A stretch of 64,000 nucleotides of DNA from contig CACODT010000003.1 in the NCBI GenBank assembly GCA_902626065.1, forward strand, positions 18,895-82,894. The letters are read 5' to 3'. Below are positions 28,288-36,257 of the stretch, in pieces. Made by a program: the position numbers and the translations under genes. Each line of letters opens with the position of its first letter. The first letter of the stretch is position 1. Under the pieces are notes generated by a model that made no database searches, was not told the DNA's origin, and was given only the letters and a program-made list of their open reading frames with translations. Source of the DNA: an uncultured Candidatus Actinomarina sp. GTDB lineage: Bacteria > Actinomycetota > Acidimicrobiia > Actinomarinales > Actinomarinaceae.

Positions 28288-28907
28288 ATATCAGTTATAA
28301 CATCTATATATCTAAAATTATTTTTATTTATTAAAAACTTTTCTTGTTTCACGTGAAACAAATTGTTGAATTTTTCTAAAGTTTTAGCATTAGATGAAAT
28401 ATAAAAAGTAAGATTTTTATTAATTAAGTTTTGATTCTCTAACATCTTTAAAATATTTGAGGTTGATTCATAACATCTCATTACAATTATTGAGTTTTTC
28501 ACATTTTTAAAAATAGATTTTGCATCTTCTTTTTTTGCTATTGCATTTCTCAAATTAAGAATTTTTATTAATCTTTCAAGTTCGTAAATTCTTTTTTGTT
28601 TAATATCAATAAGTTTCACACTCCCTTTTTGTACTATTGAAATAGGTATGCCCGGTATACCAGCACCCGTACCAATATCAAAAATTTCCAGTTTTTCATG
28701 ATTTTCTTCTGTTTTTTTATTTATTAGTAATGCAAAATAAAGTGAATGAATAATAAATTCATCCCAAACAAATTGTTTTGATTTGTTACTTATTAATCCA
28801 GTTTTTATGCCCGTATCAACTAACCAGCTGTGATACTTTAAGAGTCTTTCTTTATGTTTTTCAAATTTTTCTAAACCCCATTCAGGCAATTGGGGTTCAA
28901 AACTCAT
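28284..28907 (-). CDS. rsmG: 16S rRNA (guanine527-N7)-methyltransferase
   Basis: SAM motif 'IFDIGTGAGIPGIPISI'. Conserved position between jag and parA. Confidence 0.9.
   Translation of the reverse strand: MSFEPQLPEWGLEKFEKHKERLLKYHSWLVDTGIKTGLISNKSKQFVWDEFIIHSLYFALLINKKTEENHEKLEIFDIGTGAGIPGIPISIVQKGSVKLIDIKQKRIYELERLIKILNLRNAIAKKEDAKSIFKNVKNSIIVMRCYESTSNILKMLENQNLINKNLTFYISSNAKTLEKFNNLFHVKQEKFLINKNNFRYIDVITDM
28345..28360. promoter_or_regulatory. parS centromere-like site (perfect consensus)
   Basis: 'TGTTTCACGTGAAACA' is an exact match to the widely conserved 16-bp ParB-binding palindrome. It lies in the 3' part of rsmG, immediately upstream of parA. Confidence 0.85.
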
Positions 28908-29668
28908 TCTTCTTCTTGTTGACCACTGGGAGCAAAAACAACAGACCTGTAGGGTTCTCTACCTTCTGAATAAGATTTAATTCCACTAATATCCGCTACA
29001 GCATCATGTAGTGTTTTTCTATCAACAGAGTTCATTGGCTCTAACATTACTTCTTGTTTGTCTTCTAATATTTGCTTTGTAAGTCTTTCTGCATATATTG
29101 TTAATGCTTCTTTTCTTTTGAGTGCATAATCTGCAACATCTAGCCTTAATCTTGTTCCTGCTCCAGTTTTTCTTTGTACAACTGTTCTTGTAAGTTCATG
29201 AAGAGATCTAATTATCATACCTTTTTCTCCAACAAGAGCTTCTGTTTGTTCTCCCTTAACATTTACGACCAAATTTTTATCTTCTAACTCTCCATCAACT
29301 TTACCTTCAAGTCCAAAAGAGTTAATTAATCCTTGAAGAAAATCTATTGAGACTTTTAGTTGTTCTTTAGGATCCGCTTCAACCTTAGGTTTTTTAGGCT
29401 CAAAGGACCTTTTTTCTCTTTTCCTATTGTCTCTATTGTCTCTTCTATTTCTCTGTTTGTATTGTCTAGAACTATTATTTTTAAAGCCTGATCTGACAGA
29501 AATTCTTACTAAAGCTTTTGTACCACCGACCCCAAAAACTCCTCCCTCGGGTTCTCTTAGAATGCTTATGTTTGCTTGTGTTGCATCTTCTAAATTTAGC
29601 TCTTTTAAACCGGCTTTTATCGCATCATCTATAGTTTTTGCTTCAACTTCGACCCATTTATCTGACAT
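28904..29668 (-). CDS. jag: Jag/KhpB-type RNA-binding protein (Jag_N, KH, R3H)
   Basis: N-terminal 'VEAKTIDDAIKAGLKELN', a basic linker, and a C-terminal R3H-like 'LEPMNSVDRKTLHDAV'. Sits in the conserved yidC-jag-rsmG context. Confidence 0.85.
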   Translation of the reverse strand: MSDKWVEVEAKTIDDAIKAGLKELNLEDATQANISILREPEGGVFGVGGTKALVRISVRSGFKNNSSRQYKQRNRRDNRDNRKREKRSFEPKKPKVEADPKEQLKVSIDFLQGLINSFGLEGKVDGELEDKNLVVNVKGEQTEALVGEKGMIIRSLHELTRTVVQRKTGAGTRLRLDVADYALKRKEALTIYAERLTKQILEDKQEVMLEPMNSVDRKTLHDAVADISGIKSYSEGREPYRSVVFAPSGQQEEE

Positions 29669-30486
29669 TACTTTCTCCTTCTTTTTTTTCTATTTTTACG
29701 AGGATCATCTTGTTCTTTTGTTTCAGGTACTTCCTCGTCTTTTTTATTTTCATCTTCAATTTTTTCTTTTGATTCTTGTTTATCTTCAATTCGAATAATC
29801 AACGCTTGTTGACCAATTCTAAAAATGTTCCCTGTTAAGAAATACACGACTAATCCGGAAGGTAACGTCCATGATATGAATCCAAAAAATACTGGCATAA
29901 CCTTTCCAATCATTTGCATTTGTTGAGCTTGAGGGTTGTCGCTTTTGCCTTGTTTTTTTGTTATTTGTTGTTGTTGAAATAAAGCTGTAGCTACAACCAT
30001 AAGAATAAGAACAATGTATGGAATTCTTTCAAGCCAGGTTGTTATTTCTGAAGCAGGTATTTGAAGATCCATATTGAAAAAAAGAATATTTATATTATTT
30101 TCTAGATCTGAAAATAATATTTCGGATTTTGGAATAAATAATAGTGGCTCTCTCAAAACTCTAAATAATGCAAACCAAACAGGCATTTGTACTAGTAGTG
30201 GGACAACACAACCAAGTGGATTAATTCCTTTTTCTTTGTAGAAAGCTGCTATCTCTTTGTTAAGCTCTTCTTTGTTGTCTTTGTGTTTTTTTTGTAGCCT
30301 TTTTAACTCTGGTTGAACATCTTGCATTCTTTTTGTCGACCTTGTTTGTCTGAGTGTTAAAGGAAAAATAATTATATTTATTATTACAGTCAATATTGCT
30401 ATTGAAATACCATAAGAGGGTACGTACCCATATACAAATGAGAGTAAAAAGCCTATTGCAAGTGCAAATGGTTCAATTATTGCCAA
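29668..30486 (-). CDS. yidC: Membrane protein insertase YidC (short, Gram-positive type)
   Basis: 'PLTLRQTRSTKRMQDVQPELKRLQKKHKDNKEELNKEIAAFYKEKGINPLGCVVPLLVQMPVWFALF' is the canonical YidC/Oxa1 core. Lys/Arg-rich C-tail. Confidence 0.9.
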   Translation of the reverse strand: MAIIEPFALAIGFLLSFVYGYVPSYGISIAILTVIINIIIFPLTLRQTRSTKRMQDVQPELKRLQKKHKDNKEELNKEIAAFYKEKGINPLGCVVPLLVQMPVWFALFRVLREPLLFIPKSEILFSDLENNINILFFNMDLQIPASEITTWLERIPYIVLILMVVATALFQQQQITKKQGKSDNPQAQQMQMIGKVMPVFFGFISWTLPSGLVVYFLTGNIFRIGQQALIIRIEDKQESKEKIEDENKKDEEVPETKEQDDPRKNRKKRRRK

Positions 30487-30689
30487 TTTTTACCAAACTT
30501 TCTGTAAATAGGATTACATTTATAAATTCGTTGGATTATTAAAGGTATAGATTTAAACAATCCATAATTTTGTAAACTTTCTTTTATTAAGTTTGAACAT
30601 GTAGGAAAATATAAGCAATTTCCTTGACCAATACCAAACAAACTCAGCAGTGATCTTGTCACTGTAAATAAAATATTTCCGATCTTCAT
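30477..30689 (-). CDS. yidD: Membrane protein insertion efficiency factor YidD
   Basis: 70 aa with 'CLYFPTCSNLIKESLQNYGLFKS...IQRIYKCNP', the YidD Cys pattern. Confidence 0.85.
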   Translation of the reverse strand: MKIGNILFTVTRSLLSLFGIGQGNCLYFPTCSNLIKESLQNYGLFKSIPLIIQRIYKCNPIYRKFGKNWQ

Positions 30690-31009
30690 TTTTTAATAAG
30701 TTTGGGGTGAGAAGAAATTATTTTTTGTATTTCAAAAACTTTTAAATTTAAGTTTTGCTTTGATCCAATAATATAAATATCAAAATTTTTATATTCCTCA
30801 AGTCCCCTAACTGCCTCTTTAATCCTTCTTTTAAATTTATTTCGTTCTACTGCGGTTGTTTGTTTACTTGAGATGCTTATTCCAAGTTTGGAGTGTTTTT
30901 CTTCGTTTTCCTCTATGTAAACCTTTAATCCTTTTTCAGTAAAACAGTTTTTTTCTTTTTTCAGTCTGAAAAAATGATTTTTCTTATTCAGTGCAGTAAA
31001 TTTTACCAA
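30686..31009 (-). CDS. rnpA: Ribonuclease P protein component
   Basis: TTG start. 'AVERNKFKRRIKEAVR' is the RNR motif region. Sits directly downstream of rpmH. Confidence 0.85.
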   Translation of the reverse strand: MVKFTALNKKNHFFRLKKEKNCFTEKGLKVYIEENEEKHSKLGISISSKQTTAVERNKFKRRIKEAVRGLEEYKNFDIYIIGSKQNLNLKVFEIQKIISSHPKLIKK

Positions 31010-31014
31010 TTAAT

Positions 31015-31149
31015 TTATGCAGAAAGTGTTTTTCTACCTTTTCTTCTTCTTCTTTTTAAAATTTCTCTGCCTGCTCTAGTACTCATTCTTGATCTGAAAC
31101 CGTGTTTTCTACTTCTTTTTCTGTTACTAGGTTGATAAGTTCTTTTCAT
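31015..31149 (-). CDS. rpmH: 50S ribosomal protein L34
   Basis: Not in the ORF track (under 60 aa). Hand translation: [44 protein letters not shown], a canonical L34. Confidence 0.95.
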   Translation of the reverse strand: MKRTYQPSNRKRSRKHGFRSRMSTRAGREILKRRRRKGRKTLSA

Positions 31150-31385
31150 TTTTTATCCTGTTTAAACACAATATATGAAAAATTTATTTAAACAAAGTAA
31201 ATTAATATTTAATTTAAAAGTTCGCGAAAACAAAATTACATTCGCGAAAACAAAACTAACTAAGTTTTTTAATTTATATCATGATGATTTAAAAATATTT
31301 ATTTTGATTAAATATTCTCAATGATTATTAGGTTTTTTAATAAAAATAAAAACATTGTTTAAATTTAATATGTTTTTGCCACTCT
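31150..31385. other. Candidate oriC / dnaA promoter region
   Basis: Extremely AT-rich 236-bp spacer between divergent rpmH and dnaA. Coding-strand polarity switches here: mostly minus to the left, plus for about 17 kb to the right. I found only weak DnaA-box-like 9-mers (6-7 of 9). Confidence 0.5.
31221..31255 (+). repeat. Two 15-bp direct repeats 'TTCGCGAAAACAAAA' with 20-bp period
   Basis: Identical copies at 31221-31235 and 31241-31255. Each starts with the palindrome TTCGCGAA. This is the only G+C-containing motif in the rpmH-dnaA spacer. Confidence 0.9.
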
Positions 31386-32738
31386 ATGATTTTTAGATTA
31401 AATTTATTAGTTTTAATCGGAATGAATAAATTATTAAATAAATTTAATTCTGAAATAGTAAACACTGAATTTTCTAAAACCGAAAAATACTGGTTAGATC
31501 AAGTTGTTTTTGATATTGAAAGTAGTTTTTTAAACATTTTTGTTAAATCAGAATTCGTAAAGTCATCAATTGAGAAAAAACTTTTAAAAAAAATAAAAAA
31601 AGCATTAAAAGAAAGTACGAATTTAAAAGAATGTGTTTTTGTTTTAGATAAAAATTTGCAAATAATATCAAAAAACATAAAAGTTGAAGATATTTTTGAT
31701 AAAGATACACATGTTAATTTAAAAGATGAAGAGAAAATTAAAAAAATAACCCCGGACCTTAACGTTTTTGAACAAATGTTTGTTGGAACTCCAAACAACC
31801 TTGCTGTTACAGCAGCTAAAACTGTTGTTAAAAGTCCAGGTGAAAGATTTAATCCTCTTTTTATTTATGGTTCACCTGGCGTTGGTAAAACATATTTATT
31901 AAAAACAATTGAAAAATCTCACCCATCATCTTTCTATATTGACTCGGAGTCTTTTTTGGACTCGTATATACAGGGAATTAAAAATAAAGATATCGATATT
32001 TTTAAAACAAAAATAAGATCCGTGGACATACTTCTTGTTGATGACATTCAATTTTTTATGGGTAAAAAGGGTGTTTCTGAGGAACTTTTCCACACTATTA
32101 ATTATTTCTTAAACAATGGAAAAGCTGTTGTTTTAGTTTCAGATCAGAAACCGGAAAAACTGCTTGGTTTTCCTGAGCGACTTATCTCAAGAATACTAAA
32201 TGGTCTAGTAACAGACATAGAGAAACCAAATGAAGAAATGTTCTTAAAGGCTATCAATAAAGCAAACTCAGCTCAAGGAGGTTTTTTGCTATCAAAAGAT
32301 GAGATTAAAAGACTTAAAGAAATAAAAGTTGGAAGCTTTAGGGATATAAATGGAATTGTCAATAAGCTTTTAATCAACAAGCAAACAGGAAAAAGTAATT
32401 TTGATTACATTGAGGAGCTTAAAAAAGATCTTGCTGGTGGTTTTATTGAGTCTATTAGCCCAGAAAAAATCATGGAGTACGTATCAAAAGTATTTCAAGT
32501 AGATAAAGAACTTATCTGTTCAAAAAACAGAACCTCAAAAGTGAATGATTCAAGAAAGCTTTTTGCTACCCTTGCAAGAAACCACACGGACCTGTCTTTA
32601 AACCAAATTGGTTTGTACCTGGGTGGAAGAAGTCACTCAACCGTTCTTTCATATATTCAAAACTCAAAGGGCTCACCCTTGGTTATAAAAGAAATAAACA
32701 ATTTCAACAGCTCTTTAGCAATTAAAAACGTGAGTTAA
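31386..32738 (+). CDS. dnaA: Chromosomal replication initiator DnaA
   Basis: Walker A 'GSPGVGKTYLL', 'LLVDDIQF', sensor 'LISRILNGL'. Domain IV 'RKLFATLARNHTDLSLNQIGLYLGGRSHSTVLSYIQ'. The true start may be ATG 31422 ('MNKLLNKF...'). Confidence 0.95.
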   Translation: MIFRLNLLVLIGMNKLLNKFNSEIVNTEFSKTEKYWLDQVVFDIESSFLNIFVKSEFVKSSIEKKLLKKIKKALKESTNLKECVFVLDKNLQIISKNIKVEDIFDKDTHVNLKDEEKIKKITPDLNVFEQMFVGTPNNLAVTAAKTVVKSPGERFNPLFIYGSPGVGKTYLLKTIEKSHPSSFYIDSESFLDSYIQGIKNKDIDIFKTKIRSVDILLVDDIQFFMGKKGVSEELFHTINYFLNNGKAVVLVSDQKPEKLLGFPERLISRILNGLVTDIEKPNEEMFLKAINKANSAQGGFLLSKDEIKRLKEIKVGSFRDINGIVNKLLINKQTGKSNFDYIEELKKDLAGGFIESISPEKIMEYVSKVFQVDKELICSKNRTSKVNDSRKLFATLARNHTDLSLNQIGLYLGGRSHSTVLSYIQNSKGSPLVIKEINNFNSSLAIKNVS

Positions 32739-32853
32739 TTCTTGTCGTTTTTGTTCACTTCTGTTTTTAATAAAAACCTTTTAAAATATGGTTCATTTTT
32801 AAGTTTCTACAAAACAAACACCCTTATTACTATTAAATATATAAAGGAATAAA

Positions 32854-33969
32854 GTGAAATTTAAAACAAAAACTAAAGATATTAAAGAAGTTATTGCGGC
32901 TGTTTCCAGGGTTGTAAACCCGAGGCCATCTACACCTGTTTTGAGTGGTCTGTATATGAGGGCTGACGAAGGTGGTGTGGAAATTATTGGATCAGATCTA
33001 GACATTACAATTAAATCAAATATTGAAGTCGAAGTAGATGTGGAAGGAGACTGTCTTGTAAGTTCGAACAAACTATCTGAGATAGTTAGAAAGCTTCCTG
33101 AAGGCGATGTCATGTTCTCTGATGTTGGTAGTGATCTAAAAATTGAAACCACCTCTTTAAGTTTTACGTTGAGAAAACTTGAAAATGAAGAATACCCGGA
33201 AGCTTTTCTAAAAAGCCACGAAGAAAACGAAAACACCCAGGAAGTTTTGGTATCTGAGCTTTTTGACTCCATAAAAAACGTGGGAATAGCCTCTACACCA
33301 GAAGGTGGTAGACCCGTGTTAACAGGGGTTTATTTCAACAACCGAGAAGAAAAAACAGAACTTGCCGCAACAGACAGCTATCGTCTTGCAACACAAGAAA
33401 TAAGCAGCTTCCCCATTGATGATGTTGGAATTATTTCTTTCCGATCTTTAAGTGAAGTTATAAGACTTTTTGAAAACGAAGAAAGTACTTTGAAAATTAA
33501 CTCCAACGAAAAAGATCTTTATTTTTTTAATGATAAGTATTTTGCATCGCTTAGGAAGGTTGAGGGTAGTTTCCCCGAATACCAGAACCTTTTTCCAAAA
33601 GAAACTCTATTTACTGCTGAAGTTAACAAGAATGAAATACTCGAGTGTCTAGATAGATCAACTGTTGTCGCAGAGGGATACATACCTGTAACTTTTATTT
33701 TTGAAAACAATGATTTGTTAAAAATTACAACATTAAATAAAGATGTAGGAGGTGGAAACGAAGAATTAAAAGTAAAAATACTTGGCGTAGAAACAGGAGA
33801 CATAGACGGGTTTCAAATGTCATTTAACCCAAGTTTTTTAATTCAAGGAATTGAGGTTCTAGAAGGCAACAAAGCCTACTTTAGATTTTCAGGTAACGAA
33901 AAGCCTGTAGTAATACAAGGCGATTCCGAAAACTATAAATACTTACTAATGCCAGTAAGATCATCGTGA
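32854..33969 (+). CDS. dnaN: DNA polymerase III beta sliding clamp
   Basis: GTG start, 371 aa. 'VVNPRPSTPVLSGLYMRADEGGVEIIGSDLDI', 'GRPVLTGVYF', 'ATDSYRLA' and the C-terminal 'YLLMPVR' are typical DnaN. Confidence 0.95.
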   Translation: MKFKTKTKDIKEVIAAVSRVVNPRPSTPVLSGLYMRADEGGVEIIGSDLDITIKSNIEVEVDVEGDCLVSSNKLSEIVRKLPEGDVMFSDVGSDLKIETTSLSFTLRKLENEEYPEAFLKSHEENENTQEVLVSELFDSIKNVGIASTPEGGRPVLTGVYFNNREEKTELAATDSYRLATQEISSFPIDDVGIISFRSLSEVIRLFENEESTLKINSNEKDLYFFNDKYFASLRKVEGSFPEYQNLFPKETLFTAEVNKNEILECLDRSTVVAEGYIPVTFIFENNDLLKITTLNKDVGGGNEELKVKILGVETGDIDGFQMSFNPSFLIQGIEVLEGNKAYFRFSGNEKPVVIQGDSENYKYLLMPVRSS

Positions 33970-34256
33970 ACCAAAATATTGGACCCGAAAAAATAAACAT
34001 CGAACAAAACAATTTAGGGATTAACTTTACTAAATCAAAACTAATAAAAAAACACCTCAGTAAATCTTCCTTTTCTTGGAAAAATGAAATTACATCAGGA
34101 CCCCTAATAAACGACAATCTCACTATTTACGTGAACTCCACAAGACTTAAAGACATAATTGAGCTGGAGTCTTTAAAAATAATAAATAATATTGAAAAAA
34201 ACCTTGGATTTTCAGTGAATTCAGTGGTTGTTCAATTGCAAAATAACCAGCAATAA
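33966..34256 (+). CDS. DUF721/DciA-like small protein (Rv0004 position)
   Basis: GTG start overlaps the dnaN stop (GTGA). 'WKNEITSGPLINDNLTIYVNSTRLKDIIELESLKIINNIEKNLGFSVNSVVVQL' follows the DUF721 pattern W...p..l.dg.L.v.v.s..w..el......i...l...lg...v..i.v. Synteny places it between dnaN and gyrB. Confidence 0.6.
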   Translation: MNQNIGPEKINIEQNNLGINFTKSKLIKKHLSKSSFSWKNEITSGPLINDNLTIYVNSTRLKDIIELESLKIINNIEKNLGFSVNSVVVQLQNNQQ

Positions 34257-34333
34257 TAACGTATTTCGACTAAAATAGGAGTTCAGCAAGGGGCTGTACT
34301 TAATATAAAAAAGAAGCGTATCTTAGGAGATCC

Positions 34334-36256
34334 GTGCCAAAAAAAGATTCAAAAAGTTATGATTCAAAAGACATAAAAGTCTTAGAAGGTCTCGAAGCCG
34401 TAAGAAAAAGACCAGCTATGTATATTGGATCTACAGGACCAAACGGCCTACACCACCTGATATGGGAAGTCGTAGACAATTCTGTTGACGAAGCAATGGC
34501 CGGAAGATGTTCACAAATTGACGTCATTCTAGAAAAAAACGGATCCGTAACAGTTAAAGACAACGGAAGTGGTATACCAGTTAAACCACATCCAAAAACA
34601 AAAAAATCTGCACTAACAACCGTTTTAACAACTTTACATGCAGGCGGGAAGTTTGAGTCTGGTGCGTATACCGTCAGTGGAGGGCTACACGGAGTCGGAA
34701 TATCCGTTGTGAATGCACTTTCTGTTTTTGTCAAAGTTGAGGTTGAGAGAGATGGACATGTATGGAATCAAAATTTTGATTTTGGAAAACCAACATCAAA
34801 AATAAAAAAAGGTAAAGCTTCAAAAAAAACAGGAACAAAAATAAATTTTTTACCTGATCCTAAAATATTTGATGAAACACAACTTTTTGAATATAACATT
34901 GTTTCAGAAAGGTTACGACAAACAGCTTTTCTAAACAAGAGTTTAAAGATTAACCTAACCGACAACAGGGTAAAGCCCGCAACAAAAGAAAAGTTTTTCT
35001 ATAAAGGTGGTTTAGTAGATTTCGTTGACTATCTAAATGAGGGATATGAAGTTCTTCACGAAAAAACAATTTCTTTTTCAGATCAGAGTAAAGATTCAGA
35101 AATTGATGTCGCTATGCAATGGAAAAATGAAGATGATGTAAACATTAAAAGTTTTGCAAACAATATTCATACACTTGAGGGAGGGACCCATGAAGAAGGC
35201 CTTAGAACCGCGGTCACAAAAGCTATTAACGATTTTGCTAAATCAAGAAACCTACACTCAGACATTTCTTTAACAGGCGATGACATTAGAGAAGGGCTCA
35301 CTGGGGTGGTGTCAGTAAGGGTTAAAGAGCCACAGTTTGAAGGTCAAACAAAAACTAAACTTGGTAATACAGAAATGAAATCTAAAGTACAAGTTTTAGT
35401 TAACCAAGAATTTCCAAAATGGCTCTCTAAAAACACCAAAGAAGGAAGAGCAATTGTTGAGAGATGTGCGTTAGCTGCAAAAGCAAGAATGAGCGCAAAG
35501 AAAGCAAGAGAACTTACAAAAAGAAAAAGCATTCTTGAGACATCAGGGCTTCCCGGAAAATTAGCAGACTGTTCATCCACAGATCCATCAGAAAGCGAGT
35601 TATTCATTGTTGAGGGAGATTCCGCTGCTGGTCCTGCAAAACAAGCGAGAGATTCAAGAACACAAGCAATTCTTCCTATAAGAGGAAAAATTATAAACGT
35701 TCAAAAAGTTACAGAAAATAGAGCACTACAAAATGAAGAAATAAGTTCACTAATAAAAGCAATTGGCACCGGTATAAACACAGAATACAACGGAGAAGAG
35801 TCGAGATACGATAAAATAATTTTTTTAACAGATGCTGATGTTGATGGAGCACACATACGTACATTATTATTAACATTCTTTTTTAAATTCATGCCCGGTC
35901 TAATAAAAGAAGGAAAAGTTTGGATATCTGAGCCACCCCTTTATAGAGCTAAGTCCTCAGGTTCTATAAATTATCTAAAAGACGACAAATCACTAGAAGC
36001 TTTTAAAAAAGAAAATAAGAATAAAAAATTTGATATAAGTCGGTTTAAAGGTTTAGGAGAAATGAATGCAGGAGAGCTTTGGGACACCGCTATGAACCCA
36101 GAAACCAGAACACTAATAAAAGTAAGTATTGCAGATGGAAAAGCAGCAGAAGCAAGAGCGGCAAACATGTTTGAGGTTTTGATGGGCAATGATGTTGCAA
36201 AGAGGAAGTCGTTTATTGAGGAAAACGCAAAAGATGTAAGATTCTTGGACGTATAA
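34334..36256 (+). CDS. gyrB: DNA gyrase subunit B
   Basis: GTG start after 'AGGAGA'. 'LEGLEAVRKRPAMYIGST', 'HHLIWEVVDNSVDEA', 'GGLHGVG', 'EGDSAGG' and 'PIRGKILNV'-type 'PIRGKIINV', 'LTDADVDGAHIRTLLLTFF'. Confidence 0.97.
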   Translation: MPKKDSKSYDSKDIKVLEGLEAVRKRPAMYIGSTGPNGLHHLIWEVVDNSVDEAMAGRCSQIDVILEKNGSVTVKDNGSGIPVKPHPKTKKSALTTVLTTLHAGGKFESGAYTVSGGLHGVGISVVNALSVFVKVEVERDGHVWNQNFDFGKPTSKIKKGKASKKTGTKINFLPDPKIFDETQLFEYNIVSERLRQTAFLNKSLKINLTDNRVKPATKEKFFYKGGLVDFVDYLNEGYEVLHEKTISFSDQSKDSEIDVAMQWKNEDDVNIKSFANNIHTLEGGTHEEGLRTAVTKAINDFAKSRNLHSDISLTGDDIREGLTGVVSVRVKEPQFEGQTKTKLGNTEMKSKVQVLVNQEFPKWLSKNTKEGRAIVERCALAAKARMSAKKARELTKRKSILETSGLPGKLADCSSTDPSESELFIVEGDSAAGPAKQARDSRTQAILPIRGKIINVQKVTENRALQNEEISSLIKAIGTGINTEYNGEESRYDKIIFLTDADVDGAHIRTLLLTFFFKFMPGLIKEGKVWISEPPLYRAKSSGSINYLKDDKSLEAFKKENKNKKFDISRFKGLGEMNAGELWDTAMNPETRTLIKVSIADGKAAEARAANMFEVLMGNDVAKRKSFIEENAKDVRFLDV

Positions 36257-36257
36257 T

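Noticed and set aside
31150-32853. Canonical DnaA-box clusters
   Set aside because: Only 6-7 of 9 matches were found by eye in the rpmH-dnaA and dnaA-dnaN spacers. I therefore do not annotate individual DnaA boxes, and the origin call rests on synteny and strand switch only.
32799-33272. 157-aa minus-strand ORF opposite dnaN, and similar antisense ORFs in gyrB, dnaA, pepP, the znu genes, mgtE and others
   Set aside because: They overlap genes with strong family motifs. They are Ser/Phe/Leu-rich with no motifs, as expected for antisense frames in AT-rich coding DNA.
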